Assembly: GCF_009914755.1 (NCBI RefSeq)
Contig: NC_060931.1
Length of the DNA: 64,000 nt
Origin: the human T2T-CHM13v2.0 reference genome, Homo sapiens
Reading direction: 5' to 3' (one strand)
Each line of letters begins with the position of its first letter. Within the stretch, counting starts at the first letter, position 1. This document shows, piece by piece, positions 59,330-64,000 of the stretch. The notes beneath the pieces were generated by a model. The model worked only from the letters and a program-made list of their open reading frames with translations. It was not told where the DNA came from and did not search any database. The position numbers and the translations under genes were made by a program.

Positions 59330-60620
59330 TCTTCTAGCAGCATTCATTCCCTTTTGAACCATTTACATGCAGGTGATGTCCATATTTATATCCCAGCCCA
59401 AACCCCTCCCAAGAATTCCAGACTTTTCAACACCTGCCTACCAGAAAGCATCACATATGTGTCCAACAGTTCTCTCAAACTTAACATGTTCAAAACTGAG
59501 CTCCTATCTCTGACATTCCTCCCAAACTTTTCTCCCTGCAGATTCTCCCACTGAAGTAAATGACAACTCCATTCCCCAAGTTGCTCAAGTCAGAACTCTT
59601 GAAGCCAACCTGACTCCTCTCTCTCTCTCTTTTTTTCTTTTTCTGAGACAGGGTCTCGTTCCATCATCCAGGCTGGAGTGCAGTAGTGTGATCACGGCTC
59701 ACTGCAGCTTAAACCTCCCTAGCTCACGTGATCCTCTTGCCTCAGTTTCCCCAGTAGCTGGGACTACAGCATGCACCACCACACTTGGCTAATTTTTTAA
59801 CAGTTTTTGTGGAGATGGGGTCTCACTATGTTTCCCAACTCCAAGGCTCAAGCGATCCTCTTGCCTCAGCCTCCCAAAGTGTTGAGAATACAGGCATGAG
59901 CCACTGCACCCACTGACGCCCCAAATCTTACCACATCTCACCTTCAACAAATTCAAATCTGACATCACCATGGTCTAACTCATCAACAGTTGCCAACCAT
60001 AGTATTACAAAAGCCTCCTAACGGGTCTTTCTGCCTCCATTCTTGCCCTCTGCCCCCACTCCCCTCCACTTCTCTGGCAGTTCATTCTCAATTCAGCAGC
60101 CAGAATGATCTTTTTGAAAAGAAGAAATTAGATTATGTCGTTCCTTGGCTCAAAACCCTTCAAAATGTTCCCTTTCACGCAAATCCTTTCAAAAGCTCAT
60201 GAGACTCTACATTATTGGCTCTGTCCTTCCCCTTCTTTGCTCACCTTCCTATACTGTCCCCCTCCAGACATACTGTCCATCCTTGCTGGGACCGAAATAC
60301 AGAGGCAGTTTCCTATATGTTTATGGTTGCTTCTGGCTGGAAAAACTCTTGCTCTAGTGAGCTGCAAGCTCACTCTCTCCTCTCTTTCAACTCTTTATTC
60401 ACATATCACCTTTGGCGTGGGGGACTCCTCCCCAACTCCCTATCTCTGACATTCCCTATCCTCCTTCCCTGCTTTTTTTCCTCCTTAGTTTTATTTATCT
60501 CATCTAACATACTATATATTTTATCGTATTTTTTCTGACTGCCCTCATCTTGGTTATAACAGAAGAACAGAAAATATCTGGCATATTTGACAGGTAAATG
60601 AGTAAATCAATGAATGGATA
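59330..60620 (+). mobile_element. L2 relic interrupted by AluJ
   Basis: ctcaaacttaacatgttcaaaactgagctcct...cagcagccagaatgatctttt...ggctcaaaacccttcaa. Confidence 0.8.
59630..59912 (-). mobile_element. AluJ
   Basis: gagacagggtctc, gatcacggctcactgcagc, ctcaagcgatcctc. Confidence 0.92.
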
Positions 60621-61654
60621 GAATTCTCTTTAAATCAGAATGGTTCCCAAAGCAGGATTAGAGCAAATGCTAAGAAAAAAAATTGTTTATATTAAAGATA
60701 CTTACATATTTCATTGATTTATTTGTGCACATGTGCCTGCCTGTGTATGTACATGTATTTATTTGCTGTGAGGATGCCTGTGAATAACCAAACTCTCCGC
60801 TCTGTCCCCCACAATCCTTCCTTATATACAGAAAAAAATACTGCATCAACTAGAAATGGCAAAGCCAATGTAATCAATAAAGAACACTGCTTTAAGGTGT
60901 TTTCCTCACATACAAGCTAATTTTACTCTTTGGAAATCACTAACAAGCTCGGGCAAACTTTTATGGATAGCTGGTGTTTTTTGAAGGTATGTGTGCACAC
61001 AAGAGGGACATTTAAATTGTTAGGGCAGATGAATTTCTTTAAACATGACTACAGACTACGTGTTTGGTCAGCAAAGTGCTAATGAACAGAGAAATATAAA
61101 ACGTTGCTTGTGCAAGAAATAGAACAGTAGACATGCCTGTTATAGGTACCTGTATTCTTCACTAAGGTAAACCATAACAACTGTGAGAGAAAACATTTTT
61201 CAGAAGATACTCTCCACCTGATTTCTAGGTCCTAATGAAAAACCCATCTTTTTTTCCCCCAAACTGTATCTTTTTATATACTTTAAAGAATTCATGACTG
61301 AACATTATAAGTTATGGTCAGCCATCTGAGAAACATTTTGATCTATTTTTGCCTCACCTACAGAGCAAATAAACTGAAGCTCAGAAATCAAAAGACTGAT
61401 GAATTTAGTTTTTTTCCCCCTTTTGGAATCATTTATATTTTTCAGCAACTAATAAACAAGAAAACGGGCAAGACAATACTAAAAAAGAAGTGAAATGAGT
61501 AATTCACTCACCAGGTAATTTACTCGTGCATAATGGAGAAATGGTGTATTCTTACAAGCTCAAGAGCAAAGCGTATACAAACATAACGTCCTGCTACTGT
61601 TGTTGTTGTTATTTTGCTTTGCTTTAGAAGACAAGGACATTACAGGTAACTTGG

Positions 61655-61890
61655 GATTGTGAGTCTAGGCTTTAGAAACCATCCTCGTGGGTCTGAATTC
61701 TGCTCTGCCTCTTATTACCTCTAAGGCCTTGGGAAAGTCACTTAGTTCTTTTCATGTTTCATTCTCTCCACCTGTCATAGTGCATAAGAGTATCATTCCA
61801 AACAGGTGTGAGAATTAAATGATTATAATGTCTATAAAATATTTAGTAGGGTGTCTGAGAGTAGGAAGCATGAAGTATTAGCTACCTTTC
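61655..61890 (+). mobile_element. MIR
   Basis: tctgaattctgctctgcctctta...ccttgggaaagtcactta...tgtgagaattaaatga. Confidence 0.75.
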
Positions 61891-62661
61891 AGTAGGAGTA
61901 GCTTTTAAATTCAGAGTTTTCCAAACTCCATTGGAAGGTCTTTCTGTCTCATCACCAACACAAAATAAAAATAAGCTCTTGTTTTAAAAGTTTTAGGGGT
62001 GAGGGGTGGAGAAGCCTTCTCAAAGTTCTCTTTCTTCTTTCTGAAAGACTGTATTTCTTTTTCTTTTCCTTTTTATATTTGGTCACACCTTTTCAGTTCT
62101 GGATCATTTTATTAAATCTCTAGTACTGTCAATGAACTACAGCTGGTTATAGAAAGCGATATTCAACACCTGTAACAAAACACGCTTCCCTGTTCCCCGT
62201 GCTGAACTCATCCTGTTCCCTGCTCACTGCCATCCTTTACCTAAATTACTAAGCAGCACAGCCACTCCCTCCACTCCTCACCACTGGCAGCATTCCTTGA
62301 ACTCTCTCATGGAACACATTCCTCTCAACCCCATACACGCAGCACTTCAGAACTGCGGCACTCTTTGCTTCTTTCTCTTGTCACAGCATCACTCCCATCT
62401 TTCTCTGTGGCCTTCCCTCTCTTTGCTCTTCCTGCTCTTTGATTGCCTTTCTAATTACCACCAAGAGGAATGAGTGAGGCGCCTCCACCGACAGAAATAG
62501 GTGCCACACACAGGTGGTCTGCCAGGAGGTCGTTGCACTGAGGCACCTCACCAGTAGATTTCAGCTCACAGAAACACCAAGCGGAGAAGAGAACACCTCC
62601 CAAAGATGAAACTTGAAATGCATTTTAGAGAGGACCTGTTGGATTTTCCATTCCAAAGTTG

Positions 62662-62662
<1 letters not shown>

Positions 62663-62693
<31 letters not shown>
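62663..62693. repeat. (TG)15 microsatellite
   Basis: Direct read. Confidence 0.96.
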
Positions 62694-62695
<2 letters not shown>

Positions 62696-63896
62696 CTAAT
62701 ATATGTATTATGGACTAATGAATTCAGGAGTCTGCCATTACCAAAACATAGCATGACAAGAAAGAATTCTTCTGAATGTCATAGAACACATTTTGAACTG
62801 ACAATCTAACCAGAAAGGTTAAGTTAAAGTAAAAACTTACAGCTTCATAATTAAGAAAACTATTATGAGTTTAGCTGATAGGAAATATTTTGAATATGCC
62901 TGAGAAAATAGGGTAAACATAAGGTAATATAAAATTTTACTTACACTGTCTAAGGACATGGTACCCTAAGCCAGGGAAGACACTGGGGAAAGGTTGAGAA
63001 AACGTCCAGCTTTGCTAGGTGTGCCAGAGAAGGAAACACCAAGAACAGGAGACAGACGTAAGCCAGTGATGGGAACAATAAGACAATCTGGAAAGCCTCG
63101 AAACCAGGCTGCCTTAGACAGGATTCTCTCTCTCTCCTCTTTTCGCCTTCTTTTTTTTTTCTCATTGGCGCTTTCTACTCATTTCTCTTCCTCCTCATTC
63201 CTCTGTCTTCGCTTTGTCCTTTCTTCCTATACAAGCCTTTTCTGGACAACCACTTGCAATCATAAGACAAACCTTAAACCCACATGATATTATCCTACAT
63301 TACTGTATATTTCTGTATCACTTGACTACAAAGCATTTTCACATACATGATCTTACGTCACCCTCTGAGGTAAGTAAACAAAATATTTTAATTCTCAATG
63401 TATAAGCAGATAAACAAAGGCTTAATGAAGTTCACTTCAGATGTTCTAGGTAGGAGTCTTCATAGACATTATCTATGTTATTTATCAAAATAATTCTTGT
63501 GGATATGAGCTTGCTTGTGGATTTCAACCATCCCTGGGCAGATTTAGGGGGGCTGTGGTCAGGATAGCACTGGGTTGGGTGACAAAGAAGCTTTTAACTA
63601 TATCTTTTTTAAAAATTTCTTTTAAAAATCTGAAAAACTATGGTAAATATTAATATTTGTTATATCTGCATAGCAATGCACAGGTGTTAAATCATTCATT
63701 TTGTTTTCTCTATGTTTGAAATATTTCATAACAAACAGAAAGGAAAGAAAAAAATAGCCTTGTTATGGGGATATCAGTATCTCCCTTTTCAGATGAGGAA
63801 AAGTAGAGTGCAGATAGTTAAGTGATTTGCCATGCAGAGTTACACTAATATCACAAGTTGCAGATAGAGGACTCTGACTATTAATAACTAACAAAG

Positions 63897-64000
63897 GGCT
63901 GGACATTGTGGCTCATGTCTGTAATCCCAACACTTTGGAAAGTTGAAGCGAGAGGACAGCTTGAGGCCAGGACTTTGGCATCCAGGGCAACACAGAGAAA
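63897..64000 (+). mobile_element. AluJ/FLAM left arm (runs off the window)
   Basis: ggctggacattgtggctcatgtctgtaatcccaacactttgg...gcttgaggccagga. Confidence 0.88.

Overview
Primate (very probably human) genomic DNA lying entirely inside the reelin gene (RELN), transcribed on the minus strand. The only host coding sequence is exon 2 (17102-17212, minus strand, 111 nt, reeler domain, [37 protein letters not shown]). Positions 17213-64000 are intron 1 and 1-17101 are intron 2. The rest is AT-rich intron with about 20 Alus, several L1s (including a young 5'-inverted L1PA2), L2/MIR relics, MaLR LTRs, hAT/Tigger MITEs and microsatellites. I see no prokaryote-type system, RNA gene or new protein-coding gene, and I cannot claim a new biological system. 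The most notable unexplained structures are: a 157-bp ~92%-identical local duplication carrying RFX, CCAAT and CTCF-like motifs with a templated scar at one junction; the twin-primed L1PA2 whose inversion junction is open on both strands; a 39-bp inverted templated insertion of the RT motif inside an older L1; a 28-nt polyadenylated micro-retrocopy with TSD inside an LTR; a TGACA-rich nested quasi-palindrome; and a candidate poison pseudo-exon. Repeat names are recalled from consensus sequences by eye, so subfamily calls and boundaries of old repeats are approximate.
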